Below are positions 1 to 12,213 of a stretch of 64,000 nt of DNA, one piece after another. Both the position numbers and the translations under genes were made by a program. Location: positions 52,018,001 to 52,082,000 of the forward strand of contig NC_043010.1 of the NCBI RefSeq assembly GCF_006345805.1, written 5' to 3'. This DNA comes from Octopus sinensis (taxonomy: Eukaryota). Under the pieces are notes generated by a model. It was given only the letters and a program-made list of their open reading frames with translations. It was not told the origin of the DNA and searched no databases. Position 1 is the stretch's first letter; every line of letters starts with the position of its first letter.

Positions 1-966
1 CAATGATTTTTATGTGGCACCATCACCAGTGCTTATTACATGGCACCAGCACTAGTATTAATTCTGCTGTGGTAGACAGGTCTTCTTATGTACAGCAAGG
101 GCCAGGTAGATCAGCCCTTTATCTCCTTCATAAGAACCAGTATCTTGAGATTAGCCTTCAGTACGTTGTCCTATGTCTTCCTGGTTCTCCCTCTTGTTAA
201 AAATGGTTGATGATAACGATCTTATCTCTCTTTACACTTCTGGGACAGACACTAGCACTTAGTCTCAATCCTTACTGGAAACATTTTCCCAGTACCTCGT
301 GAGTGGAATCAGCAGACAAAACTGTTCAGAGCCTGTTGCACATATGGAGTGATGGTTGTGGTATGTGTGTGTGTGTGTGTGTAAATGCTTACATTCCATG
401 CTTTTGTACGAAACCATTAAGTAAAAAGAATGGTGACATGTTGATATTTCCTGATCACAAATTGCCCTATAACTCTGAACTTTTGAAAGTTAATGGAACA
501 AAAAGAAAAGAATCCCTTATTTGAAAGACGGGTTGGCAACAGGAAGGGCATCCAGCAGTAAAACAATACATTAATAATAAGCACTTATCTAACTCATACC
601 GGTATAGAAAAACAGATGTGAAACAAACTGCCAGTTGCATGTAAAAAGCACCCAGCATACTCAGTAAAGTGGTTGGCATTAGGAAGGGCATCAAGTTGTA
701 TAAAACATACCAAAACAGACAATTGGAGTCTGGACAGCTTCCCAGCAGGCCTGTTAAACCGTCCAACCCATGCCAACATGGAAAACAGAGATGCTAAATG
801 ATAATGGTGATGATGATGTCCCACCCATGCCAGCATGGAAAGTGGACATTAAACGATGATGATATATATATACATAAATTTAAATAGAGATTAAAATAGC
901 TTCGTTTAAGGGATTAAAATATCCAATGAATTACTGGTTCATTGCCTATTGTTTTTTTGTGAATAG

Positions 967-1009
<43 letters not shown>

Positions 1010-1991
1010 TATATATATATGACAATTACATTGTGGAAGATAAATATTAGCAGAAACTTTGACACCAAATAATAAACATTTAAGTGAAATTAACTACCTT
1101 TGTATGTTTTTGAATGGCTAATATGTGTTTCCAATATTGTAACTGTTTCAGTTTTAACATGCACTCGGATCTAATTACTTGTCAGACAAGTATATCTTTG
1201 CAATATATAGGTCCCATGTGGCAGACTAGAAAATAGCTAAGAATCCTTGGCATGAAACCAATAGTAGCCTTGTTAACCCGCAAATAAAGTGTATGCATAT
1301 GTGTATGTACACACACACACACACACACACGTATGTGTACATGCACACGTGTGTGTACATACTCACATACACGTGTGTGTGTGTGAGTATGTGGATCCTA
1401 TGTATGTGTGTTTTTGTGAGTGTATATTAGTCTGATAAAAAAATGATTGAATGGTCATGGCTGGAATGCCTTGCATCATAGGTCTGCTCAAACAAGGTTG
1501 GCCTTGGGTTAAACTACAACAACAAAAAATTTTGAAGACAACAAATACAAAATTAAGGATATTATCGTTATTATTATTATCAGCGGAGAAGTAGATGGCA
1601 GATTCAATAGAATACTGGATAAAATTTTCTGAGGTATTTAGATAATGTTCGTTAGTGGTTTGAGTTCAAGCCCCCGGATTACTCTACATCTTCTGAGGTT
1701 GATAATATATGTATGAGAGTCAAGTACTACAGTCATTTAAACCGACAACATCCCCTCCACAAAAATTTGTAGTTTTCTTGTATTTGTGAAAAAAAAAAAA
1801 TCATGAGTATTGGCAGAATTATTAGTGTCAGACAAAATACATTTGCAGTGTTAAATAACAATCTTTTTTGTTCTGAGTTCGAATCCCACTGAGGTCGAAT
1901 TTGCTTATCATTCTAATAAAATAAGAGTTAAATACTTGGTTGACTGTACCATCCCGGAAAATTTGCTGGGTTTGTGCCTATGTAAAATACC

Positions 1992-2223
1992 TATTTCTTT
2001 ACTACCCACAAGGGGCTAAACACAGAGAGGACAAACAAGGACAGACAAATGGATTAAGTCGATTATATTGACCCCCAGTGTGTAACTGGTACTTAATTTA
2101 TCGACCCCGAAGGGATGAAAGGCAAAGTCGACCTCGGCGGAATTTGAACTCAGAACGAAGCAGCAGACGAAATACTGTTAAGCATTTCGCCCGGCGTGCT
2201 AACGTTTCTACCAGCTCGCCGCC
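1992..2223 (-). mobile_element. SINE family B (Meta-domain-like)
   Basis: Head GGCGGCGAGCTGG, central GCCTTTCATCCYTTCGGGGTCGATAAA; imperfect TSD TATGTAAAAYACC. Confidence 0.83.
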
Positions 2224-3043
2224 TATGTAAAACACCATTTTCATAATGACTGTTAACATAGAAATGTTAACAACTGAGGAGTATGGCTGTGTGATTAAAA
2301 TGCTCGCTTCCCAACCATGTGGTTTCAGGTTCAGTCCCACTGCACAGCAGTTTGGGGACCTATCGTCTACTATAGCCTTGTGAGAGTTAATTTGGTAAAT
2401 GGAAATTAAAAGAAGGTTGTCATGTATATGTGTGTTTTATATTGTCTTGATATCACATAATGGTTGGAAACAAGCGTCGTCATCATACAAATTATGTTGC
2501 TTCTGGTCTTCCATGAAAAACAGGCCAGGTCATGGGGGAAACATTACCTTGCTTGGAAATAGGTAAAGGCTGGCATCAGCCAAGGGTATCTAAGTGTAGT
2601 AAGTCTGCTTCAATGAATTTCGTCGGACCCATCCAAGCATGAAAAGGTGGATCTTAAAATAGCGATGATAACAATATCAATGTCATCATTAAAAAGCATC
2701 TTTATAAACCTTTGGTGTCATTTGTAATGATATTTTTCGTCAGTGCTTTCTTGGGAAATAAAGCAATCGATCACTTCATTGCTGTTAGTCTTTGACAGAA
2801 CTTTCTAGACTATTAAAAATGGAGACACACAAACTTTTGTTCCACTTAAGGTAATACATTATAAATATACCTTTTTGTAAAATCAAACATCGTAGAGCAG
2901 GTAGATAAAATGCATTAAGGCTTACATGAGAGAGTAAACATGTACAGTATTACTGTTATCAGGTTGGCTGCACTCAGCAACCAAGACTAAACATTATAGC
3001 ATTTAGTTTTACTCTTTAATTTTGCAGCAATATAGAACTGTTA

Positions 3044-3367
3044 GGTGCATGACTCAGTGGTTAGAGCGTTGAGCTTACAATCGTGAGGTTGTGACCGGGC
3101 TGCCTGTTGTGTTCTTGAGCAAGACACTTTATTTCACGTTGCTCCAGTTCACTCAGCTGTAGAAATGAGTTGTGACGTCACTGGTGCCAAGTTGTATCGG
3201 CCCCTTTGCCTTTCCCTTGGATAACACTAGTGGTGTGGAGAGGGGAGACCAGTATGCATGGGCAACTGCTGGTCTCCCATAAACAACCTTGCCCGGACTT
3301 GTGCCTGGGAGGGCAACTTTCTAGGTGCAATCCCATGGTCAGTGTCGTGACCAAAGGGGGTCTCAGA
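3044..3367 (+). mobile_element. tRNA-derived SINE family C with 12-bp TSD
   Basis: Head GGTGCATGACTCAGTGGTTAGAGCG; TSD ATAGAACTGTTA. Confidence 0.85.
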
Positions 3368-3521
3368 ATAGAACTGTTAAGTTACTTAATATTACTCTCA
3401 TAAAAGGACCTTGTGGTTTCATTGGAAAACAAATCTGAAAGTTAAGTTTCAGGTTTGGAGGGAATGCTGTCTCTTAGTACTTTTTTAATGTTAAGTTATG
3501 GTGGAGATTTGGAAGTTTGTT

Positions 3522-4565
3522 TTAGCAATTTTTAAGATCTTCCTCTGTATGTGTCTTCATATGTTGCTTTAACATGCTATTCCGAGAGAAAGCCTTTGAA
3601 CATAGCCAACAAGAGAAGGGTTTTTCACCTGTGTGAGTCATAAGGTGGTTACTTAAAATTGCTTTTCGGGCAAATGATCTGCCACAGATTTTGCAGGGAA
3701 ATGGCTTTTCACCTGTGTGAGTCCGAATGTGAAGTTTCAACTGATCTCGCCAAGCGAATCGAGCACCGCACACCTGGCACTCAAACTCTTTAATCTCGGA
3801 ATGTGTAGTCAAGTGCTCTTTAATATCAGCTTTCTCTGTGAATTCCGTGTTGCAGATTAAGCACATGTAAGGCCATTCGCTGGTGTGGGTTCGGTTGTGT
3901 TTCCGTAGTCTGCTTTCCGTCGTGAAATACTTGTCGCAAGGATCGCAACGAAAGGGCCGCTCTCCCGTGTGTACACGAATGTGGCTTTGCAAAGATTTAT
4001 CGGATGAGAACACATGACCGCAAGTCTCACATCGGTACGGATTGTCTTCGTTGTGGATCTTAGAATGCTTTTGGAAACTGGCAATACACCAAAACGACTT
4101 GTCGCAATATTCGCAATGGTAGGACTTTTCGCCAGTGTGAATCTGCATGTGGTTCTTCATCGTTTCAATGGTTTTGAGTTTCTTATGGCAGATCTCGCAA
4201 CGCAAGACAGGATCGGTGTGAGATCTCCTGTGGAGCTGCAGGTACTTGTTGTCGCAGAAGGATCGCTGGCATATGTCGCAGTGGAACAATTTCTCCCCCG
4301 TGTGTGTTCGGATATGTCTCTGTAGGTTGCCGTTTTGTGTGAAGGTTTCACCGCAGGTAATACACTGGTATGGTTTCTCACCTGTGTGAATTCGAGTGTG
4401 TGTTATTAAGTCACTGCTCTTTGTGAAGGCCTTTTCGCAGACCTCGCATTTGTATGGTTTCTCCCCTGTATGGATTCTCATGTGTACTTTTAAATAACCG
4501 TTCTGTGCAAAGTTCTTCCCGCATACATTGCAAGGAAATGACCTTTCTTTCTTACTTTTCTCCAT
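3522..4565 (-). CDS. C2H2 zinc-finger protein, 347 aa, 12 tandem fingers, single coding exon, no effector domain
   Basis: 12 CxxC-x12-HxxxH motifs, many with TGEKP-type linkers; ATG preceded by a TTTCTCTTGCAG acceptor on the - strand (AG at 4590-4589), implying upstream non-coding exon(s). Confidence 0.93.
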   Translation of the reverse strand: MEKSKKERSFPCNVCGKNFAQNGYLKVHMRIHTGEKPYKCEVCEKAFTKSSDLITHTRIHTGEKPYQCITCGETFTQNGNLQRHIRTHTGEKLFHCDICQRSFCDNKYLQLHRRSHTDPVLRCEICHKKLKTIETMKNHMQIHTGEKSYHCEYCDKSFWCIASFQKHSKIHNEDNPYRCETCGHVFSSDKSLQSHIRVHTGERPFRCDPCDKYFTTESRLRKHNRTHTSEWPYMCLICNTEFTEKADIKEHLTTHSEIKEFECQVCGARFAWRDQLKLHIRTHTGEKPFPCKICGRSFARKAILSNHLMTHTGEKPFSCWLCSKAFSRNSMLKQHMKTHTEEDLKNC

Positions 4566-4691
4566 TGTGACAAAATGTAGTTAAAAATCTGCAAGAGAAA
4601 TCAAAACAAGATTTGAAGTCAACTAATTTTTAAAAGGAATATAAAATAGAAAATAGGTCAAAGAGGAACAAAATTTTCAAATTGGTATTAA

Positions 4692-5130
4692 CCCATTAGT
4701 GTTTAACCCTTTAGTGTTCGCATTATTCTGCCAAAATTAATCCTTCTTTATCCACATTGCCTTGAACTAATCATGCATTATCTTGTAGCTATGAGATTTT
4801 GATGAGGTAGCTGTTAATTTTTAAAACGATATTGAAGGGTTGGTGTGAGAGACCAGATCTGGCCAGTTTGAACATAAAACAGGCAGAATACTTTTGGCCG
4901 GATATGGCCGGTTTAAATGCTAAATATCCGGCCCAATATATTCTACATGTTTTATATTTGAACAAGCCATATCTAGCCTCTCACACCTAACCTACATTGA
5001 CATTCTAAAAATAAATAATCACATTATTGAAACCTCAAAGCTGTGAGATAATTAGATAATGCATGATTAATTCAAAACAATTTCAGTGAAAAAGCATTAC
5101 ATTTAACAGAGTAATCTGAATGCTAAAGGG
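4692..5130. mobile_element. Two nested, oppositely oriented copies of the 20507 piggyBac-type MITE
   Basis: Outer TTAA-flanked copy; inner copy starts after the TTAA at 4703-4706; the halves are reverse-complementary. Confidence 0.78.
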
Positions 5131-5374
5131 TTAAAGAAAAAAAAAAGTACTATTTCAAAAATACAAAAAACATTAGTATTTCAAGTGGTCAAGAAACTCA
5201 CTTTGCAACCATGCAGTTCTGGGTTCAGTCCTACCGTATGGTACTTCGGGCAAGTGTCTTTTACTATAGCCCTGATCTGACCATGATTTACAAGTGAATT
5301 TGATAGATGGAAACTGTGTGGAAGCCCATCATATATATATATATATATATTTCACTTATGCTCAGTACCATGAG

Positions 5375-5760
5375 GACCAATGATTGTTTGATGCCCGTGT
5401 GCAAACAGCTATGCTGCATGGCAGTGAAACATGGTTTATGACAGCTGACGACATGCGTAGGCTTGAGAGAAGTGAAGCCAGTATGCTTTGCTGGATGTGC
5501 TATGTCAGTGTGCACTTTTGACTGAGTGTAAGCATCTTGACAGAAAAGTTAGGCATAAGAGGAATCAGATGTCATGTGCAAGAGAGACAACTGTGTTGGT
5601 ATGGTCATGTGATGCATATGGATGAGGGCAGCTGTATAGAGAACCTATGGTAGAGGTAGATCCAGGGAGATGGTGAAACATGACCTTCAAACTTTGAACC
5701 TCACAGAGGCAATGACTAGTGACCAAGACCTTTGGCGATATGCTGTGCATGAGAGGACCC
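5375..5760 (+). mobile_element. RTE-clade LINE 3' fragment (decayed)
   Basis: Translates CVQTAMLHGSETW...RRLERSEASML.WMC and L.WYGHV. Confidence 0.75.
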
Positions 5761-5817
5761 AACAAACCAAATGCACCCATGCTGGTGACATGTAAAAAAA
5801 ATCAGCCTTTGAACATT

Positions 5818-6052
5818 AGGCCTCACGAAGGCAAAGTGGTCGAGTACCTTTCGAGCATTGGGCCTCATGGAGGCAAAGTGGCCAAGTTCCTCTCAAGTGT
5901 TGAGCCGCACGGGTGTGAGATGGCTGAATTCCTTTCGAGCAAGCTTCTCAGAGGTGAGGTGGCTGAGTTCCTTTCAAGTGTTGGGCCTCATGGAGGCAAA
6001 GTGGCTGAGCTCCTCTCGAGTGTTGGGCCTCACAGAGGCAATGACCAAGACC
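5818..6052 (+). repeat. About 5.5 copies of a 42-bp tandem repeat
   Basis: Unit GGGCCTCATGGAGGCAAAGTGGCTGAGTTCCTTTCRAGTGTT. Confidence 0.85.
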
Positions 6053-7029
6053 TTCCCAATATGTGGTGCTTGAGAAGAAGACCCCTCGAGCCAAACAAAA
6101 TCACAGATACCGGTGTCACGCAAATGGCACCCATGCCGGCGTTGTTGGTGTTAGGAAGGGCACCTAGCTGTATAAAACTATACCGGATCAGACTGGAGCC
6201 TGGCACAGCCTTCCAGCATGCCAGCCCAGTCAAACCGTCCAACCCATGCTAGCATGGAAAGCAGACATTAAATGATGATGATGTATGGTTTGTATGTATT
6301 TGTCTCCTCCACCCACTTAACCTATGTTGATTTGTTTACATCCCCTCAACTTAAAAGTCTGGCAAAAGAGACCAAGAGAAGAATAAGTACTGGGAGTGAT
6401 GTTCAACATATCATGGAGGTGCCCTAGCATGGCCACAGTCAAATGGATGAAACAGGATATTTTTTAAACAAAAGCATCTAAAGACAAACTGTTATAAAAA
6501 GTACAAAAACTAAAAATAAAAATAAATAAACACTAGTGATAAACAGCCTATGAAAACTGATTAATAATGGTAAGCCGCCTCTCCTAACAAAATAAATACT
6601 AAGATAAATAAAATAGAAGAAAATATCTTCATTTCTCTCTCTCTGAAAGAGAATGAGTGTTAGAAACATTAATTTTTCACTTTTCTTGGATAACTTAACA
6701 TTAATTCATTTCATATCTGCACAGCAATATTTTTTTTGATAAGCCTGGTACTGATCCTATTGGTCTCTTTTGCTGAACTGCTAAGTTACAGGGATATAAA
6801 CACACCAACACCAGTTATCAAGCAGTGGTGGGGTCAAACAGACATAAAGACACATACACAGATATATATATACAATGGGCTTCTTTCAGTTTCCGTCAAC
6901 CAAATCCACTCACAAGGCTTTGATTGGCCTAAGGCTAGAGAAGACACTTGCCCAAGGTGCCAATGGGACTGTACTCAGAACTATGTGGTTTAGAAGCAAT
7001 CTTCTTACCACACATTCACACTTGTGCCT

Positions 7030-7416
7030 GTTACTCTTTTACTCGTTTCAGTCATTTGACTGTGGCCATGCTGGAGCACCACCTTTAGTCAAGCAAATGG
7101 ACCCTAGGACTTATTCTTTGTAAGCCTAGAACTTATTCTATCGGTCTCTTTTGCTGAACCGCTAAGTTACGGGGATGTAAACACATCAGCATCGGTTGTC
7201 AAGCGATGTTGGGAGGACAAACAACACAGACACACACACATACATATATATATGACGGGCTTCTTTCAGTTTCCATCTACCAAATCCACTCACAAGGCTT
7301 TGGTCAGCCCGAGGCTATAGTAGAAGATATTTGCCCAAGGTGCCACGCAGTGGGACTGAACCCAGAACCATGTGGTTCGTAAGCAATCTACTTACCACAC
7401 AGCCACTCCTACGCCC
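7030..7416 (-). mobile_element. tRNA-derived CORE-like SINE family A, near full length (tandem with copy at about 6738-7030)
   Basis: Head GGCGTAGGAGTGGCTGTGTGGTAAG, B-box-like GGTTCAGTCCC, CORE-like ACCTTGGGCAAGT, internal (TA/TG)n; more than 20 copies or fragments in the window. Confidence 0.85.
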
Positions 7417-8200
7417 ATATTGTTGATAAAGAAATGTTAACAAGCCCCATCACTAATAGCTGTTTCATATGAAGCTCAGAATGTAATGGTTCACATATAC
7501 ACATGCACACAAAATGAGCTTTGCACAGTTTCCGTCTATCAAATTCACTCACAAGGCATTGGTCAGCTTGGAAGTCACTTTTCCAAGATGCCATGCAGTG
7601 GGACAGGTGCACGGTCATGTTTGCACCTATTCACTCATTACTGATATTTACCAATCCTACTCTTTTACCAACACACCTTCATTGCTATCCACCACTATGT
7701 TCCACATTAATTGCTTTGCTTCTCTACCATTCATTATTGACATCCATCACTCTTTCACTTCTAATACAGCCTCTTCTTCTATGACCCTTTCTCTCTCTCT
7801 CTTACCACTCTAGCTCCATCCATTGTACCACTCATGCTATTTCTAACCAATCTTGTTACCAACAATTGTCATGTAGCTGCCTACCACCTTCATCTTCTCT
7901 GATACACACTCTCTCACCATGGTATTCCTTCAACACACTCTTTTCTGGAAGACAAACCCTGGAACTGTTGAACAAATGACTGAAAACAATAGGTAGAGAG
8001 TTTGCCATAAAATATTTACTGAACACTCTCCTTGCATCCACTACACTCATGGAGTGGTTGACGTTAGGAAGGGCATCCAGCTGTAGAAACACTGCCAGAT
8101 CAGACTGGAGCCTGGTGTAGCATCCTGGTTTCCCAGACCCCGGTCGAACTGTCCAACCCATGCTAGCATGGAAAACGGACGTTAAATGATGTTGATGATG

Positions 8201-8202
<2 letters not shown>

Positions 8203-8248
<46 letters not shown>
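8203..8248. repeat. (TA)n microsatellite
   Basis: Direct inspection. Confidence 0.9.
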
Positions 8249-8250
<2 letters not shown>

Positions 8251-10431
8251 TATGCAGTTTTATAGATCAAAGTCAGCTGATCTTACGAATCAGTTCTAAT
8301 GGATTTGTACTTCAATATACCCACTACTAACAAACATCAGTGCCTATTCTAAAGAGTTGTGGATTCTTTAACCACTGCATATATTAATAAAAAGTTTTCT
8401 TCAAATATTGTGACTGTATCGTGTCATTTTAAAGTAATTTTTCAAAACAATATATGTATGTATGTGCACACACATGCATACGTAGACAATGCTCGGGCTG
8501 CGATAAATGTAAATTATAATTGTGTAAGGAGTGGTCAGACGACAATTTCTTTTTACCAAATTCCCTTACAAGACATTGAACCGAGCGAATACATCATGAT
8601 ACCCAAACTAAACAGATATGTTAGATTCCAAATACGACTAGGTTGAACAGATTTGTGATTAGGTGGGTGTTCGAGCTGTCTGTTCATAAGGTTATGGTCC
8701 CTATAGAACTATATTATTATCAAATGAGTTCTTGCTTTTCTAAAACAGTAGGGTGTAATTATGGAAAAAAAAATTTGATTGCCATTTACATACACCGGGA
8801 CGAGATAAAGCGTAAAGCGACTCCTTTTGGTTCGTAAACTGCTTTCTTCACACTTCAGTTGTTTAACCTCACAGTAGTTCTTCATATATGCAAGTATTTG
8901 AGAGCGAACAAGGAGAAAGGAGTGACATTTTACTGGAAGATGAACCTTCATAAATAGCTAATCTGAGTTTCTTACCTTCAGACAACAAATGTCAATAAGG
9001 CACAAAGAAACAGATATGCTACAGTTTACATGTATGTATCCATACATTGTTGTTTTTTTTTCGAACTGAAGTTATGTATCTATGCCACATTATAAAATAG
9101 TTTCTTTCTAGCCAAGCATGTCTAAAAAAATGAGTATTTACAATAATGAACAGAATAAAATGTATCAGTGCAGAAAATGTATTACCTTGTTTTTGTTTTT
9201 ATTCTGGTTTCTTAAAGCTGGAACCATGTCATTATTACAATTGCTAATGTCGTTGAAAATTATGATATTGTTAGGTGATATATTTATATAATGATTAGGC
9301 GACTAATAATTCTGTCGTAGCGACCAAATTTACAACTATTGTATAAGGTGAATAAGACAAACGGTGAAATTAGTTGTACCTTATGGAAAATAAATCCGAC
9401 TTACCCATTTCACAGTTGATTCTTTTCAACTGAATTAAAACACATATAAAATAGATAACAAGGCGGGTGATAAAATCGACTCAATCAAACACACTAAATG
9501 TTGTGTATTTGTATTATTTTATCTTTTCCGTAGGGATAGACAATAAAGATCTACAATGGGCAGGAGATCAAGCTTAAAGTCATTCAAATCCGAAACTCTT
9601 TTTCCAATTCCGAAAAAAAATAATAAACAATTAATAAAGAATAGGGAGTTAGATAAATAGTAGGACACCAGGAATTGGTATAAATTAAGAGCCAGTAAAT
9701 GTATTGGAAATCGCTTCAGTCCACTATATTTTTTCCCTAGTGATGGTGTGGCCTAGTGATGGGTTTAAAGAAGTTGTTTAGTTGGGGAAAGCGAGGTAAT
9801 TTTTAGAGAAGCTGAGAAGTTGCTTCACTAGAAAAACAAAAGAGATAACGGTGTAGGAAAGGAAGTTGTACCGCTTGAAAAAACATTCCGTGTAATTAGT
9901 TTTTTTTTAATATAATGTACCGGCAAATTTTGTTGGACTAGAAGTGTCCCGTTTTCCGGAGACAGCCTAAATAAAATATATAGTTAAAATAAGAAACAAA
10001 TTATGAAAGTAAAGACTTAAAATGTATTTAACAGATTTAAATTAATACACTTCTTAAGCTGGGTCTGGTATCATACATACAGTAGTAAGGAGGGAGATAT
10101 TAGTAACCGGGGTAAAATGAGTAATTTCTGATTTCTCGTTATTTTCTCCCTATTTGTTTGAAATCATTACATTGCAGGTAAAAATTGTTCAGCATAGTTG
10201 TTGTTGTTGAAGTTGAAAGAGTCCGAAATGTAGCCAGGTGATAAGTACTTTTTTTCCAAGACATTTTCCCTCAACTTTGACCCGACTGTAATCGAGGTTG
10301 CTAAAAAAATAACTGGATAACTTTTGGCGTTTAACAATCAATATTCTTTTCTCAAATCAATTTTTTCCCCTCACTAATGTCTGATTTGATCAGGTTTCTA
10401 AAAATGATATCTAAAATGGGTAAAATGAGTA

Positions 10432-10860
10432 CCGTAAATCCTCGAGTATAGTCCGCCCTTGAGTATAATACGCAGGGAATTTTTAGGGTGCTGTACTGCT
10501 AAAAAACCTAAACCTTGTGTATAATACGAACCCTTTCTCTAACTTGAGTCGTGTGTAATTAAGCCAGCAGCACCTAGTCGAACAAACACTTCCGCACATG
10601 CGTAGTACAATAGTGGTGATGTTCTTAACTGTTATATGGGAATGTAAATGTTTGTAAATTGTCTTTGTTACATGTTATTCTGTGTTCTGAATACTTTTAT
10701 TTCAATAAATGTTGCTTACTGCAAGTTATGGATGATTCTTTAATGACTTCATTGCTTTTAGGCTTAGCTTAATGTATTTTCGCGCCTGACATCACAAAAT
10801 GCGTCTGAATAAATAGACTCAGACATTGCTGAGAAAATATTTTTCATTTTTAACCTTGTG
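10432..10860. mobile_element. Partial copy of the 38037 MITE family
   Basis: TA|CCGTAAATCCTCGAGTATAGTCCGCC and a homologous body. Confidence 0.75.
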
Positions 10861-12168
10861 GTGTGTGACCAGTTGAAGCACTTGGTGCTGTATTGTTTTT
10901 TTTTGTTTTTTGGGAGGGGGGGGGTTAAGACAAATGAGTTGGAACTTCAGAATAAGTTTTACTTGGTTATATTTTATTTTCCGTATCATTAAGCAAAGAT
11001 ATGCCTGTGATAAAAAAACATGCACCACAATGGTTTCAATACAGTTTTAGCAAAAAGTTTTGGAAGAATTACAAGAAAGTTCTCTGATAATTTTCTTTCA
11101 TATAAATAATTTTTTATGTTAATTTAAGAATTTGCCAGCAAAATCTTATAAAATGATGTACAAGTTTATGTTATATATGAAAATAAAGAAATTTTCCATA
11201 TGACTGTTACTTTTGTTTCATTTTGAAAAGTAATTCATTTTATGGTTAATCATTCTTTATACTTTGAATTATATATATATATATGGGAGCACCAAAATAT
11301 TTTAAGTGTTTAGGGCCTTCACAGGTTTTAATCCATCCCTGCTTCTCCCCATCCCGCCATTAAAAAAAAAATATATATATATACTACATATATTTATTTT
11401 GTTGAGAGCGTGTTCACTGCTGTTTTCAAATATGTTCTCTTTTCCAATATTCTACCTAGCTTAGATTTTATTTTTAGAACATTCGCGCTGACATTCTGCT
11501 TCTATTCTTCTTTCTATTTCTTGTTCTTTCATTCATTCCGTTGCTCCTATTCTGCTCTCAGATTGTGTCCCTCTTATACTGTTCTTTGGTTATCAGCCAA
11601 TCCCACAGTTATAATAACCTAAAAATCAAAGATTGTCATATTTATTTAACATTACTTTTAAAAAATCATCTTCTGACCCTATTACGATTTGTTTCTAATT
11701 TAATATTTAATTTTATAGCATAAAAGTTGAGGTTTTTTTCATTACTGATATTTAAACTCTGCCCCCCCCCCACTCTCTCATTAACTTAAATTGGGCACAA
11801 AAAACATATTTATCTTCAAAAAATCTACTTAGTTATTACCAAACTGTTTTGTGTGTATGTATGTATGTATGTATGTGTGCGTGTAGTTACGATGTATCTC
11901 AGATCAGTCGGAACTGAACAAACTTATATTCGAACGCATTTCAACCGTGACCATCTCGTCTTTTTTTTTTAACCACACTATGTGAGGAATGTGATTTGGC
12001 TGCTAGCGAGTTAAGTGACTGACCATGTCTTTATAGGTTCCATAATTGTCCCCTATTGTACCTTTTATAGTATACATATGTAACATGTTCTTTTCTCATA
12101 TTTGGTAAATGTTGTTGCTTAGTCCCAGGTCAGCCTATAGTTAAAAAAACTTCTTGTGTGTGTGTGTG

Positions 12169-12213
<45 letters not shown>

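Noticed and set aside
3044-3120. tRNA-like sequences (also at the heads of families A and C)
   Set aside because: They are SINE heads continuing into repeat bodies, some with TSDs, not stand-alone tRNA genes
5719-6252. 177-aa ORF with 14-aa repeats
   Set aside because: Produced by a 42-bp minisatellite within retroelement-derived sequence; no splice or homology support
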